The notes beneath the pieces are model-generated. The model saw nothing but the letters and a program-made list of their open reading frames with translations, did no database searches and was not told the origin of the DNA. Both the position numbers and the translations under genes were made by a program. Positions 14,431 to 24,423 of a stretch of DNA of 64,000 nt are shown piece after piece. Position 1 is the stretch's first letter, and each line of letters opens with the position of its first letter. Source of the stretch: Nitrospinales bacterium (GTDB taxonomy: Bacteria; Nitrospinota; Nitrospinia; Nitrospinales; VA-1); NCBI GenBank assembly GCA_965223795.1, contig CBDCXL010000002.1, positions 1,344,001-1,408,000 on the forward strand, written 5' to 3'.

Positions 14431-15135
14431 TTGCGGGTGCCGGGCGTGAACGAATCCTCCATCAAGCACTGGCCGGAAGACGAACGTCCGCGCGAGCGGC
14501 TGATCCGCTACGGGGAAAACACGCTTTCGGACGCGCACCTTCTGGGAATCCTCATCGGTTCCGGCGACCGCGCCGCAAAAAAGAATGCGGTCGATCTCAG
14601 CCGCGATCTGCTCCGGGTGTTCGAAAATTTCAACCACATGGACCAGGCTTCGGTCGCCGAGCTGTGCCAGGTCAAGGGCATCGGCGTCGCCAAGGCCGCG
14701 CAGATCAAGGCGGCGCTGGAGGTGGGCAAGCGCATGTCGTCTCAGGCGGTGGGCGCGCGGGTGAAGATGGACACCTGCCGGGCGTTCGTCGACTATTTCT
14801 CCCCTTTCATGAAAAACCTGCGCAAGGAAGTCGTCAAGCTGGTTCTGCTCAATCCCAAACTGTTCATGATCAAGGAAGTCACGGTCTCGGAAGGAACGGT
14901 GAACGCGAGCATCGTGCATCCGCGTGAGGTCATGATCCCGGCGATCAAGGAATCGGCGGCGTCGATCGCACTGGTGCACAACCATCCGAGCGGCGACCCC
15001 ACTCCCAGCCAGCAGGACATCGAGATCACCCACCGCCTGCACAAGACCGGCCAGATCGTCGGCATCCGCCTGCTCGATCACGTGATCATCGGCGGCAACG
15101 CCTATTACAGTTTTTCGGAACAGGGGCTGATCTGA
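14431..15135 (+). CDS. radC: RadC/JAB-domain protein
   Basis: ERPRERL, HhH-like GIGVAKAAQ, VHPREV and HNHPSGDPTPS. Start uncertain (TTG 14431 or GTG 14446). Confidence 0.93.
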   Translation: MRVPGVNESSIKHWPEDERPRERLIRYGENTLSDAHLLGILIGSGDRAAKKNAVDLSRDLLRVFENFNHMDQASVAELCQVKGIGVAKAAQIKAALEVGKRMSSQAVGARVKMDTCRAFVDYFSPFMKNLRKEVVKLVLLNPKLFMIKEVTVSEGTVNASIVHPREVMIPAIKESAASIALVHNHPSGDPTPSQQDIEITHRLHKTGQIVGIRLLDHVIIGGNAYYSFSEQGLI

Positions 15136-15160
15136 CGTTCGCGTGCGCTTCTCTCTTTCA

Positions 15161-15289
15161 CAGACCTTTGCATAAGTTGGTTCGTTGCGAAAATTGAGAA
15201 CCTATTGTCACCCTGAGCTTGTCGAAGGGGGGCTGGACGATGCTTCGACAGGCTTAGCATGACAGTAATATGACTCATGCTAAGGTCTC
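15161..15289. mobile_element. Putative MITE with TIRs, a 5-bp TSD and an internal REP-like hairpin
   Basis: Imperfect TIRs AGACCTTTGCATAAGT (15162-15177) and ACTCATGCTAAGGTCT (15273-15288); TTTCA at 15156-15160 and 15290-15294; inner inverted repeat 15206-15227/15243-15264. Confidence 0.65.
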
Positions 15290-15370
15290 TTTCAGGCAGA
15301 TGAGGCTTGTGGAAACCGGGTCCCTTCGGTAAACTCGGTGGGTCAACGCAACCGTTATTGATTTGTAATC

Positions 15371-15946
15371 ATGCAACGCGTCAAAAATTTTCTCAACGCC
15401 AGCGCCGATCTGAAGTACCAGGTCGCCGAAACCCTCGCGGGAGAAATCCTCAAGGCCGCGGAAATGATCCGCGACAGCCTGCAGGCGGGCGGCAAACTGC
15501 TGCTCATGGGCAACGGCGGCAGCGCCGCGGACGCGCAGCACATTGCGGCGGAACTGGTGGGACGTTTCAAGAAGGAACGCAAATCGTATCCCGCGATCGC
15601 TCTCACGGTGGACACGTCCGCGCTGACGGCGGTGGGCAACGATTACGGCTTCGACACGATCTTCTCCCGGCAGGTGGAGGCTTTGGCCCGAAAGGGCGAT
15701 GTGCTGCTGGGCTTTTCCACCAGCGGCAATTCCGAAAACGTGATCCGCGCCTTCAAGCTCGCGGGCGAGTTGGGCGTGACCACGATCGGGCTTTTGGGCC
15801 GCCAGGGCGGGCGGGCCAAGAAGCATGTGAACCTCGCCATCGTGATCCCATCGGACGACACCGCGCGCATTCAGGAGGTGCACATCACGGTCGGCCACAT
15901 CTTCTGCGAGCTTTTAGAGGAAGAAGATCCGGAGGCTCCGGCGTGA
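15371..15946 (+). CDS. gmhA: D-sedoheptulose 7-phosphate isomerase
   Basis: GNGGSAADAQHIAAE, NDYGF, STSGNS and RIQEVH. Confidence 0.96.
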   Translation: MQRVKNFLNASADLKYQVAETLAGEILKAAEMIRDSLQAGGKLLLMGNGGSAADAQHIAAELVGRFKKERKSYPAIALTVDTSALTAVGNDYGFDTIFSRQVEALARKGDVLLGFSTSGNSENVIRAFKLAGELGVTTIGLLGRQGGRAKKHVNLAIVIPSDDTARIQEVHITVGHIFCELLEEEDPEAPA

Positions 15947-15978
15947 TCGTCTGAACGCAACGCTTGCACTTATCCACT

Positions 15979-17448
15979 ATGGAACATCAATTTAAATTTT
16001 TCTTCGACGGCGAAAAGCGGCCCAAGATTCTGGTCGCGGGCGATCTGATCCTGGACGAATACCTGTGGGGCGGGGTGACCCGCATCTCGCCGGAAGCGCC
16101 GGTTCCGGTTTTAGAGACGCGCTCGGAAAACCTGTCTCTGGGCGGCGCGGCCAATGTGGCGCACAACCTGGTGGCGCTCGGCTGCGAGGTCTACCTGGTG
16201 GGCGCGATCGGCCAGGACGAAAAGGGCGACAAACTGTTAAGCCTCATCGAGGAGAACAACATCCATTCGGGCGGCATCTTCCGCTTCGTGCACCGGCCCA
16301 CCACCTCCAAGATGCGCATCATCGCGCACAATCAGCAGATTCTGCGCATCGACAAGGAGGACAACCGCCCGATCACTGAAGAAACGGAAAAGAAGATCCT
16401 CGATTTTATCTCCAAAACAGTGCCGGACATGGACGGCGTCATCTGCTCGGATTACCAGAAAGGTATTCTGACGGAGAAGGTGCTCAAACACCTGCTGCAG
16501 CGGGCGCGCAGCAGTAAAAAGCAGGTGATCGTCGATCCCAAGAGCGCGGATTTTTCCCTGTACAAGGGCGCCACGGTGCTCACGCCCAACCAGGCCGAGG
16601 TGGAGCGTTCGGTGCCCATCAAGGTGAACAGCAAGGAGGATCTGGAGCGCGCGGCGCAGTACCTGCTGACGCTCACCAAGGCGGAGGCGCTGCTGGTCAC
16701 GCGCGGCAAGGACGGCATGATCCTGTACGGCAGCAAGGGCAAACCGGTGGAGATCCCCACGGTGGCGCGCGAGGTCTTCGACGTGACCGGCGCGGGCGAC
16801 ACGGTGGTTAGCGTGTTCGGCATGGCGCTGTTCGTCGGCTTCGATTTCCGCGATTCGGCCTGGCTCTCCAACATGGCGGGCAGCATCGTGGTGGGCAAGG
16901 TGGGGACGGCTGTCGTCACGCTGAACGAGATCAACGACTACCTGCAGGAAGAGATGCTGCGCACTTCGCAGACGACGCTCAAACTGGAAGACCTGAAAAA
17001 ACGGGTCAGCCTCGCTAAAAGCACGGGCAAGAGCGTGGTGTTCACCAACGGCTGCTTCGACCTCATCCACGGCGGCCACATCGAGTTTTTGCAGAAGGCC
17101 AAGACCAAGGGCGACATCCTCATCGTCGGGCTCAACAGCGACGCTTCGGTGCGTTCGCTCAAGGGCAAGGGGCGGCCGATCAAAAGCGAGAGCGAACGGG
17201 CCAACATCCTGTCCGCGCTGCGCTACGTCGACTACATCACGGTGTTCGACGAAGCCACGCCGGAATCGCTGATCCGCGAGATCCGTCCCGACATTCTGGT
17301 GAAGGGCGACGACTACAAGATCGACGAGGTGGTGGGACGCGAGATCGTGGAAGGCTACGGCGCGCGCGTCGAGCTCATCCCCATCGTGCAGGGCCATTCC
17401 ACCACCAAGACGCTGGAAAAGATCCTCGAAAATCACAAGAGCGACTGA
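15979..17448 (+). CDS. hldE: Bifunctional heptose 7-phosphate kinase/heptose 1-phosphate adenylyltransferase
   Basis: RISPEAPVPV and DVTGAGDT (PfkB kinase) followed by FTNGCFDLIHGGH and GLNSDAS (nucleotidyltransferase). Confidence 0.95.
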   Translation: MEHQFKFFFDGEKRPKILVAGDLILDEYLWGGVTRISPEAPVPVLETRSENLSLGGAANVAHNLVALGCEVYLVGAIGQDEKGDKLLSLIEENNIHSGGIFRFVHRPTTSKMRIIAHNQQILRIDKEDNRPITEETEKKILDFISKTVPDMDGVICSDYQKGILTEKVLKHLLQRARSSKKQVIVDPKSADFSLYKGATVLTPNQAEVERSVPIKVNSKEDLERAAQYLLTLTKAEALLVTRGKDGMILYGSKGKPVEIPTVAREVFDVTGAGDTVVSVFGMALFVGFDFRDSAWLSNMAGSIVVGKVGTAVVTLNEINDYLQEEMLRTSQTTLKLEDLKKRVSLAKSTGKSVVFTNGCFDLIHGGHIEFLQKAKTKGDILIVGLNSDASVRSLKGKGRPIKSESERANILSALRYVDYITVFDEATPESLIREIRPDILVKGDDYKIDEVVGREIVEGYGARVELIPIVQGHSTTKTLEKILENHKSD

Positions 17449-17483
17449 CGCCCTTCCTCAACCCTGCTCAACCGTTCTCCAGT

Positions 17484-18458
17484 TCATTTCTCCCCCAGCC
17501 GCCTGCCGGGCATGAGGTATTCGCGCACGTAGTCTTCGATTCCCGCTTCCAAAGCCGTGGCTGCCTTTTTGTAACCCTCGCTTTGCATTTTTTCCATCAC
17601 CGCCCGGGTGTGGTACTGGTACTGGTCGCGGATGGAGAGCGGCATATCGATGTATTCGATGCTGCGCTCGACGCCCATCGCCTTGAACAGGGCGGCGGCG
17701 AGGTCGTTCCAGTTGCGCGCAACACCGGAGCCGACGTTGAACAGGCCGGACACACCGGGCGTGTCGAGAAAAAACAGCGTCATCGCCACGGCGTCCTTGA
17801 TGTAGAGAAAATCCCGTTCCTGCCCACCGTCTTGGTACTGAGGCTTGTAGGATTTGAACAGCCTGAGCTTTCCGGTTTCCTTGATCTGAAAATAACCTTT
17901 GCGGATCAGGCTCTGCATGTCTCCCTTGTGATACTCGTTGGGGCCGTACACGTTGAAGTATTTGAGCCCGACGATGTGGTCGAACGCGTTTTCGGCGCGC
18001 GCCCACAGATCGAAGTCCTGCTTGCTTTTGCCGTACAGGTTGAGCGGCTGGAGCGTTTCGATGTTCGTTTCGTCGTCTTCGTAGCCGTTCGCACCGTCGC
18101 CGTAGGTGGCGGCGCTGGAGGCGTACACGAAGCGGATGCTCTTTTCCAGGGCGTAGCGGGCGAGGGCTTTGGTGTATTCGTAATTGTTTTTGCGCAGGTA
18201 GTCCCAGTCGGTTTCGGTGGTGGAGGAGCAGGCGCCCATGTGCAGGATCGCGTCGAGAGCAGGCAGGCGGCGCTGGCGCAGGCTGGCGAGAAAGGTGATC
18301 TTGTCCTGGACCACCGCGTATTTCAGGGCGGCGAGGTTGTGCCGCTTTTCCTTGTGGTCGGCGGCATCGACGATCAGAATTTCGGAAATGCCTCTCCGGT
18401 TGAGCTCATGGACGAGCGCGCTGCCGATGAACCCGGCGCCGCCGGTGACTGCAATCAT
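17484..18458 (-). CDS. hldD: ADP-L-glycero-D-manno-heptose 6-epimerase
   Basis: GGAGFIGS, HMGACSSTTE, YASSAATYG, YGKSK and FNVYGPNEYHKG. Confidence 0.95.
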   Translation of the reverse strand: MIAVTGGAGFIGSALVHELNRRGISEILIVDAADHKEKRHNLAALKYAVVQDKITFLASLRQRRLPALDAILHMGACSSTTETDWDYLRKNNYEYTKALARYALEKSIRFVYASSAATYGDGANGYEDDETNIETLQPLNLYGKSKQDFDLWARAENAFDHIVGLKYFNVYGPNEYHKGDMQSLIRKGYFQIKETGKLRLFKSYKPQYQDGGQERDFLYIKDAVAMTLFFLDTPGVSGLFNVGSGVARNWNDLAAALFKAMGVERSIEYIDMPLSIRDQYQYHTRAVMEKMQSEGYKKAATALEAGIEDYVREYLMPGRRLGEK

Positions 18459-18502
18459 AGGTCCTCAGGGGGAGTGGGCGTTTCCCGATCGCCTTGAACG
18501 TC

Positions 18503-19717
18503 TCAGGGCGTTTCGCCTGGGGTGTGGAACAGCTCTTTCCACTTGAGATCGGGCAAAAGGGGTTTATAGGACGTTTGCCCGGCGTTTTCAACCTGCTTTT
18601 TCAGCCGGTCGATGCGGTTCTGCGGTTCGGGGTGGGTGGAGAGGTATTCCAGCCAGGAGGTGTTTTCGTTTTCAGAGTCCTTACCGGTTTTCTTTTGCGA
18701 TGCCTGTTTGGATTTTTTGGCGGAAGGTTTTTCCGATTCATCTTTGCCCCAGAACGCCTCCTGTTCTTTCTTGAGGGCTTTGAAGATCCGCACCATGCCC
18801 ACCGGATCGATGCCCGCGGCGAGCATCATCTCCATGCCCTTGCGGTCTGCCTCCTCTTCCATACTGCGGCTGAACTTGAGCTGGTCCAGGCTTCCCGCAA
18901 GTTCCAGCACGCCGTTCATCACGCCGTTGACGTCGCCGATGACGAGGGTGGCCAGCATGCCGGAAGCGGCGCTGCGGATGATGCCGCGCGTCGAATGACG
19001 CAGCAGGACGTGCTGGATCTCGTGCGCGAGCACGCCCGCCAGCTCTTCCGGCGTCTGGGCGGCGTCGATGATCCCCTGGTAGAGCAGGATGGTGCCGCCG
19101 GGCAGCGCGAAGGCGTTGACCATCTTGTCTTTGGCGATGTAGACCTTGAAGGTGTAGGGCTGATCCGGAACGGTGGCGAGCAGCCGCGCCATGATGACAT
19201 CGAGGGCCTTGGCCTTGCGCGCGTCGCCGCCGGCGACCTGCATCTCGGAACCTTCCATGAGCGTGTCACCCAGTTTGACTTCCCACTCCACCGGCACGTG
19301 CTTCGCCGCCCGATCGGAAAGAAAGGGCAGTCCGTAACTCCAGATGCCGTACAGAAACAACGGCACGCCCAGCAGGCCCAGCACCAGCGCGACGTGCCGA
19401 AAAGGGTTTTTGCCTTTCCAGGTGGCGTTGAGCTTGCCGCCCGCGGTCTCCCGCAGGTTGTGGGTGAAGTCGGGATCTTCGACGATGAGGGATTCGACGC
19501 GGGTGCCTTCCGCCTCTTCGACGGAGCGGCTCAGGCGCACTTGTCCGGGCCGGGTGATGTCGTTCCAGTCGATGCTGCCGTGTTTCCACAACAGCGACTC
19601 CCCGTCTTCGATCTTGAGGGTCAGGCTGTCCGGAGTCAGGTGCACCACGACCGGGTGTTTCTTCGCGCTGCGGCCGTCGAGCAGGTGACCGGCAAACTGA
19701 AGTTTTCGCATCGCCAT
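18503..19717 (-). CDS. M48 family zinc metallopeptidase
   Basis: NAFALPGG, LAHEIQH (HExxH), EEEAD, LSTHP and one TM helix. Confidence 0.9.
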   Translation of the reverse strand: MAMRKLQFAGHLLDGRSAKKHPVVVHLTPDSLTLKIEDGESLLWKHGSIDWNDITRPGQVRLSRSVEEAEGTRVESLIVEDPDFTHNLRETAGGKLNATWKGKNPFRHVALVLGLLGVPLFLYGIWSYGLPFLSDRAAKHVPVEWEVKLGDTLMEGSEMQVAGGDARKAKALDVIMARLLATVPDQPYTFKVYIAKDKMVNAFALPGGTILLYQGIIDAAQTPEELAGVLAHEIQHVLLRHSTRGIIRSAASGMLATLVIGDVNGVMNGVLELAGSLDQLKFSRSMEEEADRKGMEMMLAAGIDPVGMVRIFKALKKEQEAFWGKDESEKPSAKKSKQASQKKTGKDSENENTSWLEYLSTHPEPQNRIDRLKKQVENAGQTSYKPLLPDLKWKELFHTPGETP

Positions 19718-19822
19718 AGCCGTGTGCCGGGTTGGGGAAACCGGTGAGGGTTATTTGGTATAGATTATCCGCAATCCGCGCTCCCGGCAAAGCGGGAGCG
19801 CGTGTGCGGTGCTGCGGATGGA

Positions 19823-21046
19823 TCAGCCGATGTCGATGGGAATGTCGAAGGCGTCCGCGGCGGCGTCGCCGAGTGCGCCGGACTGCTTCATCTCCTGGAT
19901 GACCCAGTCGATCTGCACGTCGCCGTCGAGGCGCAGGTGCCGGGTCATGAATTTCATGTTGCGGACCTGAACCCAGGGATAGCCCATACCGAGAGTAAAA
20001 ACGAGGATGAACAGATTTCCCAGTGTGAGCGAAAGAAAATCCATGCCGGTGGCGCTGAAGCGGAACTTGCCGCCCGCCATGCGGGTGTTCTGCCAGAAAT
20101 AACGGGTCGCGTAGGCGTGCCACCAGAACCAGTACAATCCGAGCGTGACGATGATCAGCACGTAGGAGATGCAGTATTTCTTGAAGATCTCGCGGCCCTC
20201 GCCGGTGAATTCGAACTGCAGGTTGCCGAAATGGGTGTTTTCCCGCCAGAAGCGCTCCATCTCGTTGCGGATGTAGGGGTAGTAAAAACCCAGGGTCAGG
20301 ATGTTGCCGAAAAAGTTTTTCAGGTTCAGCACGATCGAGGTTTTCTTCCCGCCGCGGAAGGAAAAACGGATGCCCCGCCACGACGTGCGCGACCAGAGAT
20401 AACGCATCGCCCCCACCATCAGAACCGGGAAAATAACGAGATAGAAACCGAGGATGAAGACGGTTCCGGCCACCTGTTCCATTTCGGGAACCGCCATCTG
20501 CACGCCCACCATGGCGCCGACCACGACGATGACAAAGCCCATGAACTTCATGAAGCCCATGCACAGCTCTTTGGGGGTGCCGTGGTAGCCGAACGGGTCG
20601 CCGGCGAAATGGGTGTGGGACCAGATGTAGTTGCGCACCTTGGTCTTGGCCCAGAAATGATAGATGCCGAGGGTGAAGACGCGCTTGATCCAGTTGGTGA
20701 GGAACAGCATGAACAGTTCCCCGCCTTTGCCGGTGAAGCCCAGATCGAGACCGGGGCCTGAGGATGCCATTGCCGAGTCCGAGAAATCGTCCATCGACGC
20801 GGCGTCTCCTTCCTCGCCCGGATTCACCATCTGCGCCTGAAAGCCCAGGCTCTTCAAATACTGCACCGCCGTCATTGCCTGACGGTCGGACACCGGGTGC
20901 TCGAACCGCCAGGTCTGGCCTTCGCTGAGACGCCGCAGGATGTCGGCGCCCTGGTCGACGGTCATGCGGAACACCTTCGCCATTTTCTCGACGGCCAGAT
21001 TCTCATCCGGGCCCTCCCAAGCGTTCAATATGATTTCTTGACTCAT
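19823..21046 (-). CDS. YjgN/DUF898 family membrane protein with an extra N-terminal domain
   Basis: Repeated FTG.G...TLGIY.FW units typical of DUF898; directly upstream of the M48 gene. Confidence 0.85.
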   Translation of the reverse strand: MSQEIILNAWEGPDENLAVEKMAKVFRMTVDQGADILRRLSEGQTWRFEHPVSDRQAMTAVQYLKSLGFQAQMVNPGEEGDAASMDDFSDSAMASSGPGLDLGFTGKGGELFMLFLTNWIKRVFTLGIYHFWAKTKVRNYIWSHTHFAGDPFGYHGTPKELCMGFMKFMGFVIVVVGAMVGVQMAVPEMEQVAGTVFILGFYLVIFPVLMVGAMRYLWSRTSWRGIRFSFRGGKKTSIVLNLKNFFGNILTLGFYYPYIRNEMERFWRENTHFGNLQFEFTGEGREIFKKYCISYVLIIVTLGLYWFWWHAYATRYFWQNTRMAGGKFRFSATGMDFLSLTLGNLFILVFTLGMGYPWVQVRNMKFMTRHLRLDGDVQIDWVIQEMKQSGALGDAAADAFDIPIDIG

Positions 21047-21496
21047 GAAGTCCTCCTCCTCCGTGTCAATGAAGTGATTCCGTTTGTTCCGGCCGCTGCC
21101 GGATTGAATGCGTAACGACTTTGTTTGAATTCGATCTGTTTATTCGGCCACGCGATCGCACAATATATTCAACTTCGGGATGTCCGTCCTGCCTGCCCGC
21201 AGGAAACTCCCGGCCGCACGTTCGGACAACGTGCGTTTGTGCCTGCGAATTTTAGCGTCAAAAGATTCCAACCCCTTTAAATACAGTAACATGAAATGCC
21301 CGGACCGTCCATAAGAGATTGAATTTGAACGATCAATCCGGCGGCGGACGGGGCGCGCCTCCCTTCCCGGAATCCCTCAAAACGCCCTTTCCTTCCCAGG
21401 AATTCGGCGCGCTGCGTGCGATTTGTGAAGGGTTTTCGGCCTGACCGGTGCACAAAAAAAGGGCGTGCGCCGCACAAACCATGATATGATGCATTT

Positions 21497-22876
21497 ATGC
21501 AACAAAAAATTCTCATACTGGACCCGCGCCGCCATTGGGTCGAAACGCTGCGGGAAATCCTGGAAAAACAGGGCCATGAAGTGACCGCCGCGTTTTCAGT
21601 GGAAGAGGGCAAAAGCCGGCTGCTGGAGCGGGTGTTTCATCTGGTTCTGGGAGACGCAAACTTTGTTTCGCAAAAGCAACAGAGCTTCCTGACCCTTTTG
21701 TCCGAGGGCTTCCCCGGCCTGCCCTGCCTGCTTCTGGAAGAGGATGCGGCGGCGGGTGGCCCGCGCGAGGATAAAGGGGTTGTCCGGTTTCCCCGCTCAG
21801 CGGGCATCCCCGCCCTGCTGGATACGGTGGACGATCTTTTGCAGCGAACGCCGCCCGATACCGCGCCAGAGCCCGGCGGCGGCAAAGCCGGGCGGCTGCT
21901 GGGCGAGAGCGCGGCCATGAATGCACTGCGGCAGACGCTCAAGGCGGTGGCCGAAACCAACGCCACGGTGCTTTTGTGCGGCGAAACGGGAACCGGCAAG
22001 GAGCTCGCAGCCCGCTTCCTGCACGCGCACAGCGCGCGCAACCGGGAGCGGTTCGTCGCCGTCAACTGCGCGGCGCTCACGGAAACTCTGCTGGAAAGCG
22101 AGCTGTTCGGCCACGAGAAGGGGGCGTTCACCGGGGCGCACCGGCAGAAGCTGGGGAAATTCGAGCACGCCGGCGCGGGCACGCTGCTGCTCGATGAGAT
22201 CGGCGAGATCCCGCTGCACGTGCAGGCGAAGCTGCTGCGCGTGCTGGACGACAGGGAGTTCACGCGGGTGGGCGGCAACCGCACGCTGAAGGCGTCGTGC
22301 CGCATCGTGGCCGCCTCCAACGTGGATTTCGCGGCGGCGCTTGCGGAAGGCCGGTTCCGTGAGGACCTGTTCTACAGGCTCAATGTGGTGTCCATCGACC
22401 TGCCGCCGCTGAGGGCGCGGCGCGAGGACATTCCGCTGCTGGCGCGGCATTTTTTAAAGACCGCCGCGGCACGGCACGGCAAGCCAGTGCAGGCGATCGG
22501 GGCGCAGGCGATGCAGCAGCTCATGGCGCACGCCTGGCCGGGCAACGTGCGGGAGCTGGAAAACACGATCGAGCGCGCGGTGATTCTCTGCGGCGGCGGG
22601 ACGCTCGAGCGGTTTCCGCTCCAGGGTGAAAAGGGCGCCGCGGCGGCCGCCCCGCTTGAGACGGACGCCGCCATGACGCTCAAGGAATTTCAGGCGCGGG
22701 TGCTGACGCATTACGAAAAGGAGTACTTCGACCGCCTGCTCACCGCCCACCGGGGCCACGTCTCGAACTCCGCGCAGGCGGCGGCGGTCGACCGCAAAAC
22801 CTTCTACCGCAAGCTGCGCCAGTGCGGCATCGACCCCAAGGACTACAAAAAGGGCAAATCCGGCAGTTTTGGGTAG
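21497..22876 (+). CDS. Sigma54-dependent transcriptional activator with a degenerate receiver domain
   Basis: GETGTGKE, ESELFGHEKGAFTGA, FREDLFYRLNV, WPGNVRELEN and a Fis-type HTH. Confidence 0.93.
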   Translation: MQQKILILDPRRHWVETLREILEKQGHEVTAAFSVEEGKSRLLERVFHLVLGDANFVSQKQQSFLTLLSEGFPGLPCLLLEEDAAAGGPREDKGVVRFPRSAGIPALLDTVDDLLQRTPPDTAPEPGGGKAGRLLGESAAMNALRQTLKAVAETNATVLLCGETGTGKELAARFLHAHSARNRERFVAVNCAALTETLLESELFGHEKGAFTGAHRQKLGKFEHAGAGTLLLDEIGEIPLHVQAKLLRVLDDREFTRVGGNRTLKASCRIVAASNVDFAAALAEGRFREDLFYRLNVVSIDLPPLRARREDIPLLARHFLKTAAARHGKPVQAIGAQAMQQLMAHAWPGNVRELENTIERAVILCGGGTLERFPLQGEKGAAAAAPLETDAAMTLKEFQARVLTHYEKEYFDRLLTAHRGHVSNSAQAAAVDRKTFYRKLRQCGIDPKDYKKGKSGSFG

Positions 22877-22994
22877 CTTTAGCGTCATAAATTTTCACAT
22901 TTTGTGGCCCATATTACCCAAAATGCATCCATCCGGGGCGGCCGCCCGCGCCCATCCCCTCTGTCACCGCGCATCCGCGACCGGCGCCGGCATC

Positions 22995-23010
22995 TGGCAC
23001 GGGGCTTGCT
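22995..23010 (+). promoter_or_regulatory. Sigma54 (-24/-12) promoter
   Basis: TGGCAC-GGGGC-TTGCT matches the consensus, about 50 bp upstream of ATG 23063. Confidence 0.85.
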
Positions 23011-23062
23011 CTATAGATAGCAGAACATCCGTTCCATCCGTTTGAACGAGACGAGGACATCC

Positions 23063-24361
23063 ATGCCCAAAGCCAATCTCAAGAAAATGACCAAGACCGA
23101 GCTCATCGAGCTCGCCCGCAAACGCAAGGTCGCCATCAAAACGTCGATGCTCAAGGCGGAAATCCTGGCGCTTCTGGAAAAAGCGGAAAAGGCCAAGGCG
23201 AAAAAGCCTGTGAAAGCCAAAACCGCCGCGGCGAAAGCGAAAAAGACCCCGGCGAAAAAGGCCGCACCGAAAACAACGCCGGCGAAAAAAGCCAAACCGC
23301 CTGCCGTAAAAACAGCGGCGCCGGTGAAAGCCAAAAAAACCAAGACCGCGGCGGCCCGGCCGGCCGCGGCCCGGAAAGCCGCGCCGAAATCCCCTGCGCT
23401 CAGCGAGCCCGGCCCGTTTTCACGCTGGCCGCGCAGCGCGGCGAAGACGAAAACCGTACCCGGCAGTGCGCCGCAGCGGGACATCGAACTGGAAGACAAG
23501 GCCCAGGAGGCCAAGTTCATCGTCGGCGCACCCGACCACCACGAACCCTGGGAAACCACGCAGCCGCTGCCCGCCCAATACGGCGACCACAGGCTGGTGC
23601 TGCTGGCCCGCGACCCGTACTGGGTCCACCTGTTCTGGGAGCTCGACGCGCACCGGATCGACCGCGGCCTGTCCGAGCTGGGCTGCTCGATGGAAGCGGT
23701 GCGCTGTGTGCTTCGCGTCCACCCGCTCACTCAGGACGATGCCTTCGATGTGGACGTGGACTTTCGCACGGGCCGGCATTACATGCCGCTGTCGCCTCCG
23801 GGCGCTTCGTTCTACACGGAAATCGGCATGATCGACCCCAACGGCCGCTTTTACTGCCTGGCGCGCTCCAACTCGGTGACGCTGCCGAAGGACGGGCCTT
23901 CGGAGGTGACCGACGAGCAGTGGATGACGACGGATGAGGAATTCGAGCGCATCTACCTGCTTTCGGGCGGCAGTCAGGCGGGCAACGGCTCCGGCTCGGA
24001 AGGCCATGAGAAACGCGAACACGGGGCGCGCAAATGGGTGATGGATTTTCCCACCTCGCCGGGCAGCCACGGTTCGGCTTCGCTGGGCGCGGCGCGCGAA
24101 CGGGGCTTCCGGTTCTGGCTGGATGCGGAACTGGTGCTCTACGGCGGCGCCGATCCCGGATCGCGCATCGAGCTCAACGGCGAAGCACTGGACACGCGCC
24201 CGGACGGCACGTTCACGGTGCGCCTCGCCCTGCCCGACGGTGACTTGACCCTGCCGGTGCGCTTCGTTTCGCCCGACGGTGAGGAAGCCCACAGCGCGGA
24301 GGTGAGCGTGAACCGCAAGACCCGGATCGAACAGGAAACCCCGGACTGGCTGCTGGCCTGA
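23063..24361 (+). CDS. DUF4912 domain protein with Rho-N-like N-terminus and histone-like K/A/P tract
   Basis: LKKMTKTELIELAR...KAEIL; PAKK repeats; LPAQYGDHRLVLLARDPYWVHLFWE; C-terminal DAELVLYG...DGTF; GAGGA RBS. Confidence 0.85.
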   Translation: MPKANLKKMTKTELIELARKRKVAIKTSMLKAEILALLEKAEKAKAKKPVKAKTAAAKAKKTPAKKAAPKTTPAKKAKPPAVKTAAPVKAKKTKTAAARPAAARKAAPKSPALSEPGPFSRWPRSAAKTKTVPGSAPQRDIELEDKAQEAKFIVGAPDHHEPWETTQPLPAQYGDHRLVLLARDPYWVHLFWELDAHRIDRGLSELGCSMEAVRCVLRVHPLTQDDAFDVDVDFRTGRHYMPLSPPGASFYTEIGMIDPNGRFYCLARSNSVTLPKDGPSEVTDEQWMTTDEEFERIYLLSGGSQAGNGSGSEGHEKREHGARKWVMDFPTSPGSHGSASLGAARERGFRFWLDAELVLYGGADPGSRIELNGEALDTRPDGTFTVRLALPDGDLTLPVRFVSPDGEEAHSAEVSVNRKTRIEQETPDWLLA

Positions 24362-24372
24362 CAAACGCATCC

Positions 24373-24397
24373 GCCCGCCGCCGCACACGCGGCGGGC
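24373..24397 (+). other. Intercistronic GC-rich hairpin (weak terminator or mRNA stabiliser)
   Basis: GCCCGCCGC-N7-GCGGCGGGC followed by only TTCATT. Confidence 0.45.
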
Positions 24398-24423
24398 TTC
24401 ATTGAACAAGGAGAACCCACACT

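Noticed and set aside
14431..15135. radC as a mobile-element marker
   Set aside because: It is the full-length chromosomal type within a housekeeping gene run, with no integrase nearby.
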